Translations under genes and position numbers: made by a program | IMG/VR virus record: IMGVR_UViG_3300021490_000001 | Span: 8,198 to 72,197 of that record | Length of the DNA stretch: 64,000 nt | Origin: a virus | Reading direction: 5' to 3' (one strand) | Shown here: positions 1 through 8,216 of the stretch, one piece after another | Position numbering within the stretch: position 1 is the first letter of the stretch | How the letters are laid out: each line of letters begins with the position of its first letter | Notes under the pieces: model-generated | Databases searched by the model: none | The model's input: only the letters and a program-made list of their open reading frames with translations | Told to the model about the DNA's origin: nothing

Positions 1-44
1 TCGAAAGTTACTTTCAGAATATAAAAAAGCCAATGTAGATTATT

Positions 45-380
45 ATGAAATTTAAACCTAATGCAAAGACAAAAGGTCCAAATTACAATTATAATGATCG
101 ACATAGGATGCATATTATAATGATCTCAAGATTCGGTAGCAAGAGTAAAGACATACGATTGGTTACTCTTACAAAGGGAGAGGAAAAGCAAATAGATGAT
201 GGTGTACTTAACCTAGCAGATATCGTTGAAGACAGCCTTGACTTAGGTTCTGGAGACTCTTGGTCTGAAATCGAAGTCAATAATCAAAATATTAGTACAT
301 TTACTGAATTGTTATTTCTATTAAAGAGTATTGAAGACAATAAAGATTACTCTATACTAACAGTAAAAAGGAGAGAATAA
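45..380 (+). CDS. hypothetical protein
   Basis: 111-aa ORF in a run of plus-strand genes; no motif recognised. Confidence 0.6.
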   Translation: MKFKPNAKTKGPNYNYNDRHRMHIIMISRFGSKSKDIRLVTLTKGEEKQIDDGVLNLADIVEDSLDLGSGDSWSEIEVNNQNISTFTELLFLLKSIEDNKDYSILTVKRRE

Positions 381-381
381 T

Positions 382-504
382 ATGCCAATTCCCATTGATC
401 CAAATCGAGATCCGCTATATGCTTGTCGAATATGTAATGCTATCTATAGAGGAATAACTGCTGCAAGGAACTGTGAAGAATCACACTTGAAAAAAAGCGA
501 TTGA
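382..504 (+). CDS. small zinc-finger protein (40 aa)
   Basis: Manual translation MPIPIDPNRDPLYACRICNAIYRGITAARNCEESHLKKSD; CxxC...CxxxH; fills the gap between neighbours. Confidence 0.6.
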   Translation: MPIPIDPNRDPLYACRICNAIYRGITAARNCEESHLKKSD

Positions 505-884
505 AAATGATAAAAACAAATAAGCAAATATTGAGAAAAGAAATATCAAGAGACCTAAAAGACGGTATTGAGACCGTGAAAAATAAGTATTTCGAGCAAA
601 TGGTAATTACAGATGATGAGTATAACGAAATTTACAATATTTTCTGCGATGGAGATTATGAAATGGCATATTATGCCGGATTAAGTGTTGATATCTATGG
701 AGACATTGTTTCAATTGATATAGATACCCTGATAACTGCGTTGGCTGGGTGTATCAAAGATACTTCTATGATAGACGAACAATACAATCGTAGTATCTTT
801 ATTCAACTTAGAAAAAAACTAATCAAGTGGAAAGGATATACTCTGTATATTGAAAAGGCGATGAATGACAAAAAAGGTGAATGA
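501..884 (+). CDS. hypothetical protein
   Basis: 127-aa ORF overlapping the upstream stop. Confidence 0.6.
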   Translation: MKMIKTNKQILRKEISRDLKDGIETVKNKYFEQMVITDDEYNEIYNIFCDGDYEMAYYAGLSVDIYGDIVSIDIDTLITALAGCIKDTSMIDEQYNRSIFIQLRKKLIKWKGYTLYIEKAMNDKKGE

Positions 885-885
885 A

Positions 886-927
886 AAAATGAATGAAGAA
901 CGGAAAGATAACTATGACTTTGTTGGC
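886..927 (+). repeat. 42-bp duplicate of the 5' end of the WG-repeat gene (second copy 1705-1746)
   Basis: AAAATGAATGAA(G/A)AA(C/T)GGAAAGATAACTATGACTTTGTTGGC, 40/42 identical. Confidence 0.85.
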
Positions 928-1030
928 AATTGTGCTTTTTTTTTGCGATTGTGATGTGTTTTTTTCCTCGCAAAGCCTAAGAGGAAATCAAAGTTTGCGA
1001 AGGTAAATGAAAAAAAAGTAATGAAAACAG

Positions 1031-1603
1031 GTGGAATTGATGAATGACAAAATAATAACACAAGAGGATTTGGATGAAAACAACAGCCTTGATGAACTAA
1101 AATATGATGGTGGGCGAATTATCTTTGGAGAAAATTTAGGGGTTGTGAAAATCAAAAAATCGTTAATCTGTAAATTTTCTATTTTTGCAAAAGCAGGCAC
1201 TGGCATCGAAGCAGGCGAGGGTATCGAAGCAGGCGATGGTATCGAAGCAGGCTGGAGTATCAAAGCAGGCGAGGGTATCGAAGCAGGCTGGGGTATCAAA
1301 GCAGGATGGGGCATTAAAGCAGGCTGGGGTATCAAAGCAGGCTGGGACATCGAAGCAGGCGAGGGTATCGAAGCAGGCTGGGGTATCAAAGCAGGCTGGG
1401 GTATCGAAGCAGGCACTGGCATCAAAGCAGGCAATGGCATCGAAGCAGGCTGGGGCATCATAACATTATTTCGTGGCAGGATAATTGCAAATTTCATTTC
1501 ATGCCATAGAATAGCTACCGGACTACATATCCATGAAGAACAGGAAATCAAAGCAGAAATCAGGAAAGGAACTATTATTTTAGGGAAGGTGTCTAAACCA
1601 TAA
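1031..1603 (+). CDS. hexapeptide-repeat (I[EK]AGxG) beta-solenoid protein
   Basis: About 14 tandem 6-aa repeats encoded by 18-bp repeats at about 1190-1460; the start may be ATG at 1040. Confidence 0.8.
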   Translation: MELMNDKIITQEDLDENNSLDELKYDGGRIIFGENLGVVKIKKSLICKFSIFAKAGTGIEAGEGIEAGDGIEAGWSIKAGEGIEAGWGIKAGWGIKAGWGIKAGWDIEAGEGIEAGWGIKAGWGIEAGTGIKAGNGIEAGWGIITLFRGRIIANFISCHRIATGLHIHEEQEIKAEIRKGTIILGKVSKP

Positions 1604-1701
1604 CACAAACAACAACACACTCGGAGTAATCTTCTTGGGCTGAGGGGGGTGCATCTAACCCCCCTCACTATTGAAAAAGACACAAAAAAAAGAAAAAGGC
1701 G

Positions 1702-2547
1702 ATGAAAATGAATGAAAAATGGAAAGATAACTATGACTTTGTTGGCTATTTTTCAGAAGGGCTTGCAGAGGTTAAAAAGAATGAAAAATATGGATTTAAC
1801 AATAAGAAAGGAAAGACTGTAATTCCATTAAAATATGACTATGCTGATTCCTTCTCAGAAGGGCTTGCATTGGTTAGAATTAATGAAAAACATGGATTTA
1901 TTGACAAAAAAGGGAAAATCGTAATTCCATTAAAATACGACTTTGTTGACTCTTTTTCAGAAGGATTGGCAGGGGTTGAAAAGAATGGAAAATATGGATT
2001 TATTAATAAGAAAGGGAAAATTACAATTCCTTTAGAATATGACCTTGCTGGCTTTTTTTCAGAAGAAGTAACATGGGTTAAGAAAGATGGAAAATACGGG
2101 TTCATTAACAAGAAAGGTAATGTTATAATTCCATTGAAATATGATGATGCATGCCATTTTTCAGACGGGCTAGCATGGATTAAGGAAAATGGAAAAGAAG
2201 GATTTATCGATAAGAACGGGAAAGTAGTAATTCTATTAGAATATGATCAGGTTTATACTTTTTCAGATGGGCGTGCATTGGTTGAAAAAGATAAAAAATA
2301 TGGATTTATTGATAAGAAAATGAAACTCGTAATTCCATTGGAATATGAGGATGCTGAGTCTTTCTCAGAAGGACTTGCACGAGTTAGAAAAAATGGTAAA
2401 GATGGATTTATCGACAAGACTGGAAAAATTGTAATCCCATTAGATTACGATGATGTTGGTCCTTTTTCAAATGGAAAGTCCTGGGTTCTGAAAAATGGTA
2501 AAGAATATTTTATTGATAAAAAGGGAAATGTAAAATGGGACGAGTAA
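1702..2547 (+). CDS. WG-repeat (KWG-like) protein
   Basis: About 7-8 repeats of FSEGLAxVxKNGKYGFIDKKGKIVIPLxYD. Confidence 0.9.
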   Translation: MKMNEKWKDNYDFVGYFSEGLAEVKKNEKYGFNNKKGKTVIPLKYDYADSFSEGLALVRINEKHGFIDKKGKIVIPLKYDFVDSFSEGLAGVEKNGKYGFINKKGKITIPLEYDLAGFFSEEVTWVKKDGKYGFINKKGNVIIPLKYDDACHFSDGLAWIKENGKEGFIDKNGKVVILLEYDQVYTFSDGRALVEKDKKYGFIDKKMKLVIPLEYEDAESFSEGLARVRKNGKDGFIDKTGKIVIPLDYDDVGPFSNGKSWVLKNGKEYFIDKKGNVKWDE

Positions 2548-2590
2548 AGGGAATGTTTAAAAAAAAGGCGATGAAAAAAAAGGTGATTGA

Positions 2591-2828
2591 ATGGCAGAAG
2601 ACCTAGTAAATCATCTACCTCACTATGAGAAAGGCGGGATTGAGACAATAGATTTTATTAAGGCGAAAGGATTGTATAAAGATTTCTACCTTACCCAATG
2701 TCATCAAATATATTTCAAGAGCAAAGTATAAGAGAAAGGAGCTTGAAGACCTTAAAAAAAAAGCAAAATGGTATCTAAAAAGGGCAATCTCATTATTAGA
2801 AAAAAAACTGAAACATCAGGCTCTGTAG
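2591..2828 (+). pseudogene. DUF3310-like protein, frameshifted
   Basis: DLVNHLPHYEKGGIETIDFI...NVIKYISRAKYK...EDLKK/AKWYL can only be read across two frameshifts (about 2696 and the poly-A at about 2754-2762). Confidence 0.7.
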
Positions 2829-2895
2829 TCTAGTGGACTAAGACATGGGAATAGTAGATACCCCCAAGACTCTGGTTCGAATCCAGACGGAGCCT
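2819..2895 (+). tRNA. tRNA-like gene with a non-canonical 21-nt anticodon arm; anticodon not assignable
   Basis: Acceptor GGCTCTG/CGGAGCC, D arm GTCT-AGTGGACTA-AGAC, T arm TCTGG-TTCGAAT-CCAGA; anticodon arm TGGGAATAGTAGATACCCCCA; no encoded CCA. Confidence 0.75.
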
Positions 2896-2911
2896 TTAAG
2901 AAATAGGAGGA

Positions 2912-3100
2912 ATGACTATGGCATTAACATTCGAAGAAACAAAAGAAATGGAAGAACTTAAGCAATTACACAAAAAAGAACTTGCAGAGATATCATTGCA
3001 AAATGCAAAAGAAGAACACGAAATGAAAATGAAACGACTAGAACTAATGCTTAAGATAGCACAGGCAGGTGGAATCTTTAAAGAAGAAGAAAAAAATTAA
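2912..3100 (+). CDS. small coiled-coil protein
   Basis: GGAGG RBS upstream; E/K-rich helical sequence. Confidence 0.65.
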   Translation: MTMALTFEETKEMEELKQLHKKELAEISLQNAKEEHEMKMKRLELMLKIAQAGGIFKEEEKN

Positions 3101-3117
3101 ATACACAAGCGATTAAA

Positions 3118-3477
3118 ATGGATTTTCTAGTGTATCTTGATTATGTCGATTTAGACCTACAACCCAAGCTAATTGATAAGGATGACAAGAATCGATATGC
3201 GCGAGCTTCTTTTCTGTCAATTGATAAAGTTTTTAAGGTAAAGAAGTCTTTATATTTGTTTGAAATTAACGAAAAAATTGTCATAATCGATACTGCCAGT
3301 ATGAAAGCACACTGTTCCTGTATGGATTTTGCTAGCAGACGACATAGTAAAAATCGATACTGCAAGCATATTTATCGTGCAGTAAGATGGTTAGTTGAGT
3401 CAAAAGATAAATCCATTAAGATAACTTCAAATCAATTTGTTATTGAAAGATTCTCTAATCTCAAATTCCTTCGTTAG
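3118..3477 (+). CDS. SWIM zinc-finger protein
   Basis: CSCMDF...CKHIY (CxC-x(n)-CxH). Confidence 0.75.
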   Translation: MDFLVYLDYVDLDLQPKLIDKDDKNRYARASFLSIDKVFKVKKSLYLFEINEKIVIIDTASMKAHCSCMDFASRRHSKNRYCKHIYRAVRWLVESKDKSIKITSNQFVIERFSNLKFLR

Positions 3478-3612
3478 AGCGATTTTAAGAAACTTTTATC
3501 TTTAATTGATCAAATATATGTAATTAAGATTAAATTTCCTGTATGGAGCTAATATTAGCTATAGTAATGAACTCTAATGTTTAAAAGAAGGACATGCTTA
3601 AAAATAGACTAG

Positions 3613-3795
3613 ATGATATTCATAAATAAGGAAAAGATTAAGAAACAAATTGAGAAATTGTATAACTTAAATGTAGACATAGCCCTTAAATTCATTACTA
3701 TGAAAAAGGAACCAACGATTAGGGACATGCTATATATTAATCGATTAATCGAAAGTATAATCAAAAAACTAAGAGAGGCGACTGAAGATGAATGA
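3613..3795 (+). CDS. hypothetical protein
   Basis: 60-aa ORF coupled to the next gene. Confidence 0.5.
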   Translation: MIFINKEKIKKQIEKLYNLNVDIALKFITMKKEPTIRDMLYINRLIESIIKKLREATEDE

Positions 3796-3994
3796 TGATA
3801 ATGCAAGGACATTAGCTATTGAGATATTGGATCTCTTCGAGGACTTGCTAAATCAACATGATATAACTATTCCTAGTCCAGATAGATGTGGAAACCAAGA
3901 AGAAGCCAGACTGTATGGAGATATATACTATGCTCTTGAAGATCAAATAACAGACCTAATAAAAAGAAACAAGAATCTTAAAAATAAAGTTTAG
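3788..3994 (+). CDS. hypothetical protein
   Basis: 68-aa ORF overlapping the upstream stop. Confidence 0.6.
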   Translation: MNDDNARTLAIEILDLFEDLLNQHDITIPSPDRCGNQEEARLYGDIYYALEDQITDLIKRNKNLKNKV

Positions 3995-4004
3995 TGGTAG
4001 TCCA

Positions 4005-4406
4005 ATGAAAGAAGTTATAATCTTAAAAGAGTCAACTGGAGTTATTCGAGAAGCTAGAGATATCTTCAAAAATATCAAGGAAATGAATATAGATTATGCT
4101 CAAGAGAACTTTATTGTCTTTTTCCTTGACTCCAAAAATAAGATTATCAATGCTGAAGTATTATTTAAAGGTGGCTTAAACTCTTGCCTAATCGATCCTA
4201 AGACAATATTCAGAATAGCATTATTACATAACTCAAATGGGATAATCGTGGCTCACAATCATCCCTCTGGAGATCTAACGCCCTCTGATGAAGATAAGAA
4301 TATCTATGAGTCACTACAAATGTCAGGAGAGTTCTTAGATCTCCGTTGTATGGATTCGATCATATTCAATGAAAAAGAATATTATTCAATGAATTCCAGC
4401 AAATAG
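4005..4406 (+). CDS. RadC-like JAB/MPN domain protein
   Basis: QENF...HNHPSGDLTPSDED...D, the RadC JAB signature. Confidence 0.9.
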   Translation: MKEVIILKESTGVIREARDIFKNIKEMNIDYAQENFIVFFLDSKNKIINAEVLFKGGLNSCLIDPKTIFRIALLHNSNGIIVAHNHPSGDLTPSDEDKNIYESLQMSGEFLDLRCMDSIIFNEKEYYSMNSSK

Positions 4407-4438
4407 ATATATATAATTAACTTTACCTTTAATACATA

Positions 4439-4735
4439 ATGTCCTCGCAAAAAGATCTGGTTGAAATTCCAAAGCCACTTTGGGATCTTGCCATTACTGT
4501 TATCGATGAAGCTACATCTACTGAATTGTTTAAATATATGCCTGTTACGGAGTTTAGTTTTACTAGACTATACGATAAGGTAACTATCAGGGCTTCGTTC
4601 GATTTAATGACTTTGGAAGATCTAACTATTTTAGATAAGTATGTTACTGTTCTTCTTCCTAAATCCAAAGGCATAGTAAAAGAGAAATTGAATAAATCGA
4701 AACAATATATCTGTGATCATTATGTCAATGATTGA
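4439..4735 (+). CDS. hypothetical protein
   Basis: 98-aa ORF with a TATA-like element upstream. Confidence 0.5.
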   Translation: MSSQKDLVEIPKPLWDLAITVIDEATSTELFKYMPVTEFSFTRLYDKVTIRASFDLMTLEDLTILDKYVTVLLPKSKGIVKEKLNKSKQYICDHYVND

Positions 4736-4874
4736 ATGGTTAATGCTGTTAGCTACTCTGCTATTTATAATTTATTTTTCAGATACCATTCTATGGATAT
4801 TCTTTTGGATTCTTATCATAATCATATTTGGAATCTGTGGAATAGTATCTTTCATTGGTGGTTTGTTTGATTGA
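4728..4874 (+). CDS. small membrane protein (48 aa)
   Basis: Manual translation MIEWLMLLATLLFIIYFSDTILWIFFWILIIIIFGICGIVSFIGGLFD. Confidence 0.5.
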   Translation: MIEWLMLLATLLFIIYFSDTILWIFFWILIIIIFGICGIVSFIGGLFD

Positions 4875-5215
4875 TGTAAGACATAGACTATGCAATAGAC
4901 CGATTGACTATCATAGAGATTATACCTCTTTTTCAAATAAATCTCCGATCCATGCAAGGAAAATGAAAGATGGAACATTCGAAGTTACAATTTATGACTG
5001 GACTTTTAAATTAACAGAAAACCAGAGATGTGTATTAGTTTGGAAACTAAACAAAGCGTAATCAAACGAGTAAAGCAATGGATGCTTGAAATGTATGATG
5101 AGGCTACTAACTCCAGAATACAGAATTACAATGATCTAAAAAAATATGAAGAAGGTGGAGCTAAGATTAATGCACTTAATGATTTATGGAAGAAGTTTAC
5201 TAAAGAATTTGTAGA

Positions 5216-5581
5216 CTAGTTTAATCGATAGTTAAATTCTTTTCCGATTCGTTTGATGTTCACGCTATTCTCAAGGATGTGTAATCTGTTCATTAGCTTC
5301 TTGGTAGAATCGATTGTTATCCCTAAATTGTATGCTAGTTCATATACGCTTATATAACGATCGCTGTGAGACTTTAAGTATTCTAAGGCTAATTGTTCCT
5401 TTTCTTTCCATTCTTCGCTGTAATGGCTTGTATCGACTCCCTGTACTGTATCCTTAATGACTATTAACTTTACCGGAGTATCTTTGTCTAATTTATCATA
5501 AGAAGTATAAGGAATTGAGATTCTGGTTCTTCCATCGGATCTCTTTCGTATGATCCCATTTATGTAAGTTACATCATCCAT
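5216..5581 (-). CDS. putative DNA-binding protein (AbrB-like N-terminus, HTH C-terminus)
   Basis: DGRTRISIP...VKLIVI followed by ISVYELAYNLGITIDSTKKLMNRL. Confidence 0.55.
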   Translation of the reverse strand: MDDVTYINGIIRKRSDGRTRISIPYTSYDKLDKDTPVKLIVIKDTVQGVDTSHYSEEWKEKEQLALEYLKSHSDRYISVYELAYNLGITIDSTKKLMNRLHILENSVNIKRIGKEFNYRLN

Positions 5582-5629
5582 ACAGATATTTAAAAACTAA
5601 TCTTTAAAAACCTTTTTTGAGGTGATTGC

Positions 5630-5815
5630 ATGTTTGGAGTAAAACAGAAAATTAAATGGTTAAGTTCGAATACAACAATGGATATAGAGAAACAATTCGA
5701 TGAATTCTTCGAATCTACAATAGTAGCTGGAATACTCGAAGTAACTCCTTTGGTTAAAAAAGATGGAAGAATATCTAAATTCATGCTTGTAGTTCGATAT
5801 ATACCAAAAAGTTGA
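5630..5815 (+). CDS. hypothetical protein
   Basis: GAGGTGA RBS upstream. Confidence 0.6.
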   Translation: MFGVKQKIKWLSSNTTMDIEKQFDEFFESTIVAGILEVTPLVKKDGRISKFMLVVRYIPKS

Positions 5816-5819
5816 TCTT

Positions 5820-6149
5820 ATGACTTTGTGTATCAAATGCAGAAGGAATCCAAGAGTAAAAGGAAGAAGAGTATGCCAAAAATGTATAAATAAATCTAAA
5901 AGATTACTTTATGCAACTGATAAAGAATTTCGAGAAAGAGAATCGAAACGAAATATAAATTATCAGCGTAAAAAGATTAAGAACGATCCTTCCTTTAGAA
6001 AACACAAGAGAGAGTATACTGCTTACTGGAGATCTAAACATAACGATAGATATATTTTCCTTCAGGCAAGATCTGCATTCAATCGATTAAGCCCTTATTA
6101 CCGTAAGAAATTTCTTAAGGAATTTAACTTACATTTGAATATACTTTAA
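5820..6149 (+). CDS. basic zinc-finger protein
   Basis: CxxC...CxxC N-terminus, R/K-rich. Confidence 0.6.
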   Translation: MTLCIKCRRNPRVKGRRVCQKCINKSKRLLYATDKEFRERESKRNINYQRKKIKNDPSFRKHKREYTAYWRSKHNDRYIFLQARSAFNRLSPYYRKKFLKEFNLHLNIL

Positions 6150-6432
6150 AGCTAGAGATACTAGAATGATATGTTCCGGAAGCTATTACTACTTTTGCCT
6201 GTAGAGTCCATGTTCCTGTTTGATCTAAATCTCCTGCAACTGAAGTACAATATATTTTACCATCGGTACCATCTGTTTCAAATATGCCAGATTTTGTAAT
6301 AATTGTTCCATCTGGCTTTTGAAATATTATTTCTTTTGTTGTTGCACCTGAGATATCTTCTGCTGTTGTTCCATTTTTTATAGTTAGCAAAAACTTTGTT
6401 CCTATATCATTTAAATGTATTTCTTCTACCAT
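6124..6432 (-). CDS. BppU-N-like Ig-fold virion protein
   Basis: DIGT...DISGAT...FQKPDGT...DGKIY...GDLDQTGTW pattern typical of this baseplate domain. Confidence 0.65.
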   Translation of the reverse strand: MVEEIHLNDIGTKFLLTIKNGTTAEDISGATTKEIIFQKPDGTIITKSGIFETDGTDGKIYCTSVAGDLDQTGTWTLQAKVVIASGTYHSSISSFKVYSNVS

Positions 6433-8216
6433 TATAATTCCACCTCAAATTCCTTTTGTTTGTCAATATATACTGTGATACTCCTTTCTTTATCGATATA
6501 TAAAGTATATGAAACTACATCTATAGATTCCATTATCATAAAATTGGAAGTTTTGGTTATACTATTTGTTCCTTTGACTATGAAATCAGATGACTTTTGG
6601 ATGCTATAAACTGCATTGATTATAAAATCGGATGTCTTTTCTATTACTCTTGATGCGTTAATATAAATATCAGAAGTCTTATTGATATTTCGTGTTCCCT
6701 TTATGGTTAAATCTGAATTTAGTGAAAGGTCAAATGCACCCTTTATAACAAAATCAGAGTTTAGATCTAATGATTGAATCGCATTGATCACAAATTCTGA
6801 AAATTTATATGTGCTTTGTGTTCCTTTGATTACTAAATCAGAAGTTCTTGTTGTGCTTACAGCTCCTTTGATTACGAAATCTGAATTTTTTGTTATATCG
6901 AATGTGTCCTGTATTATCAAGTCACTTGTTTTAGTTATCGATAATGTGCCTTTGATTGTAAAATCAGAGTTTTTGTAAACTGTATATTCTGCTTCTATTA
7001 TGAAGTTTGAGGTCTTATTTAAGGAGTTCGTTCCTTTTATAGTTAAATCTGAATTTTTAGTAAGCTGAATGGTATCCTTAATTGAAAAGTCGGAAGTCTT
7101 AGATATATCAAATGTATCAACTATGAAAAAGTCGCTTGTTTTTGATACATCCTGTGTTCCTTTAATTACAAAACTTGAAAATTTGTAAGTTGATAATGTT
7201 CCTTTTATTACTAAATCGCTTGATATTGACTTATTATTTGATGCTTCTTTAATTACAAAATTAGAAGTCTTGTCTATACTGAAAGTATCTGCAATTGTAA
7301 AATCACTTGTCTTTGTTGTTTCTAATGTTCCTTTAATTACCAATTCGGAATATTTGAAGGTGCTTTGTGTTCCTTTAATTACAAGATCTGAAGTTTTTGA
7401 TGTAGATAATGTTCCTTTGATTACTAAATCCGAATCTTTCTGTATTGTGTAGACTTCGTTAATTACTAAATTGCTTGTCTTTGTTGTTGTTAATGCTCCC
7501 TTGATTGTAAAGTCTGAATTCTTATAAACTGTATATTCTGCTTCTATTATGAAATTTGAAGTTTTAGATAAAGATTGCGTACCTTTGATTATGAAGTCCG
7601 AATTCTTGGATACCTGTAATGTATCCTTGATTGATAAATCTGATGTTTTATTAATACTAAAAGTGTCTGCGATTGTAAAATCACTTGTCTTTGATGTGCT
7701 TTGTGTTCCTTTGATTACAAAATTTGAAAATCTATAAGTACTATTTGTTCCTTTAATTACTATGTCTGAATTCTTTGTGGTTTGAAATGTATCGGTTATT
7801 ATAAAATCAGATGTTTTAGAAGTGCTTACTGTTCCTTTTATTGATATATCTGAGTTCTTAGTAACTTGTAAACTTCCTTTTATTACTAAATCAGCATTTT
7901 TGGTTAAATCGAATGTATCTTTAATTGTAAAATTACTGGTCTTTGAAGTGCTTAATGTTCCCTTGACTACTAAATCAGAAGTCTTTGAAGTGCTATTTGT
8001 TCCCTTGATTGTAAAATCTGATGTCTTGGAGAACTGAAATGTTACGATTTGAATTCCAGGAAATTTTATTTCTGAACCACTTTCGCTTGAACTTTGGATT
8101 ACTGTATAAGGTTCTCCATTATTCCAATATTTTAATTCAACTAAATTATCGTCAGGTATTATTGGCTGTCCATTTAACCAAAACTTTAATGTGCCATCAA
8201 GCGCCATATTTATCAC
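6432..8216 (-). CDS. 15-aa tandem-repeat fibre or beta-solenoid protein
   Basis: About 33 repeats of K(T/N)SDFxIKGTxxxx (45-bp period). Confidence 0.8.
   Translation of the reverse strand: MINMALDGTLKFWLNGQPIIPDDNLVELKYWNNGEPYTVIQSSSESGSEIKFPGIQIVTFQFSKTSDFTIKGTNSTSKTSDLVVKGTLSTSKTSNFTIKDTFDLTKNADLVIKGSLQVTKNSDISIKGTVSTSKTSDFIITDTFQTTKNSDIVIKGTNSTYRFSNFVIKGTQSTSKTSDFTIADTFSINKTSDLSIKDTLQVSKNSDFIIKGTQSLSKTSNFIIEAEYTVYKNSDFTIKGALTTTKTSNLVINEVYTIQKDSDLVIKGTLSTSKTSDLVIKGTQSTFKYSELVIKGTLETTKTSDFTIADTFSIDKTSNFVIKEASNNKSISSDLVIKGTLSTYKFSSFVIKGTQDVSKTSDFFIVDTFDISKTSDFSIKDTIQLTKNSDLTIKGTNSLNKTSNFIIEAEYTVYKNSDFTIKGTLSITKTSDLIIQDTFDITKNSDFVIKGAVSTTRTSDLVIKGTQSTYKFSEFVINAIQSLDLNSDFVIKGAFDLSLNSDLTIKGTRNINKTSDIYINASRVIEKTSDFIINAVYSIQKSSDFIVKGTNSITKTSNFMIMESIDVVSYTLYIDKERSITVYIDKQKEFEVEL

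Noticed and set aside
988-1683. 231-aa minus-strand ORF and 92-aa alternative-frame ORF
   Set aside because: Shadows of the stop-free 18-bp repeat; the plus-strand gene has the RBS and operon context
2819-2895. Provirus attachment site or host boundary
   Set aside because: No integrase, no second copy of the tRNA 3' end, and virus-like genes on both sides
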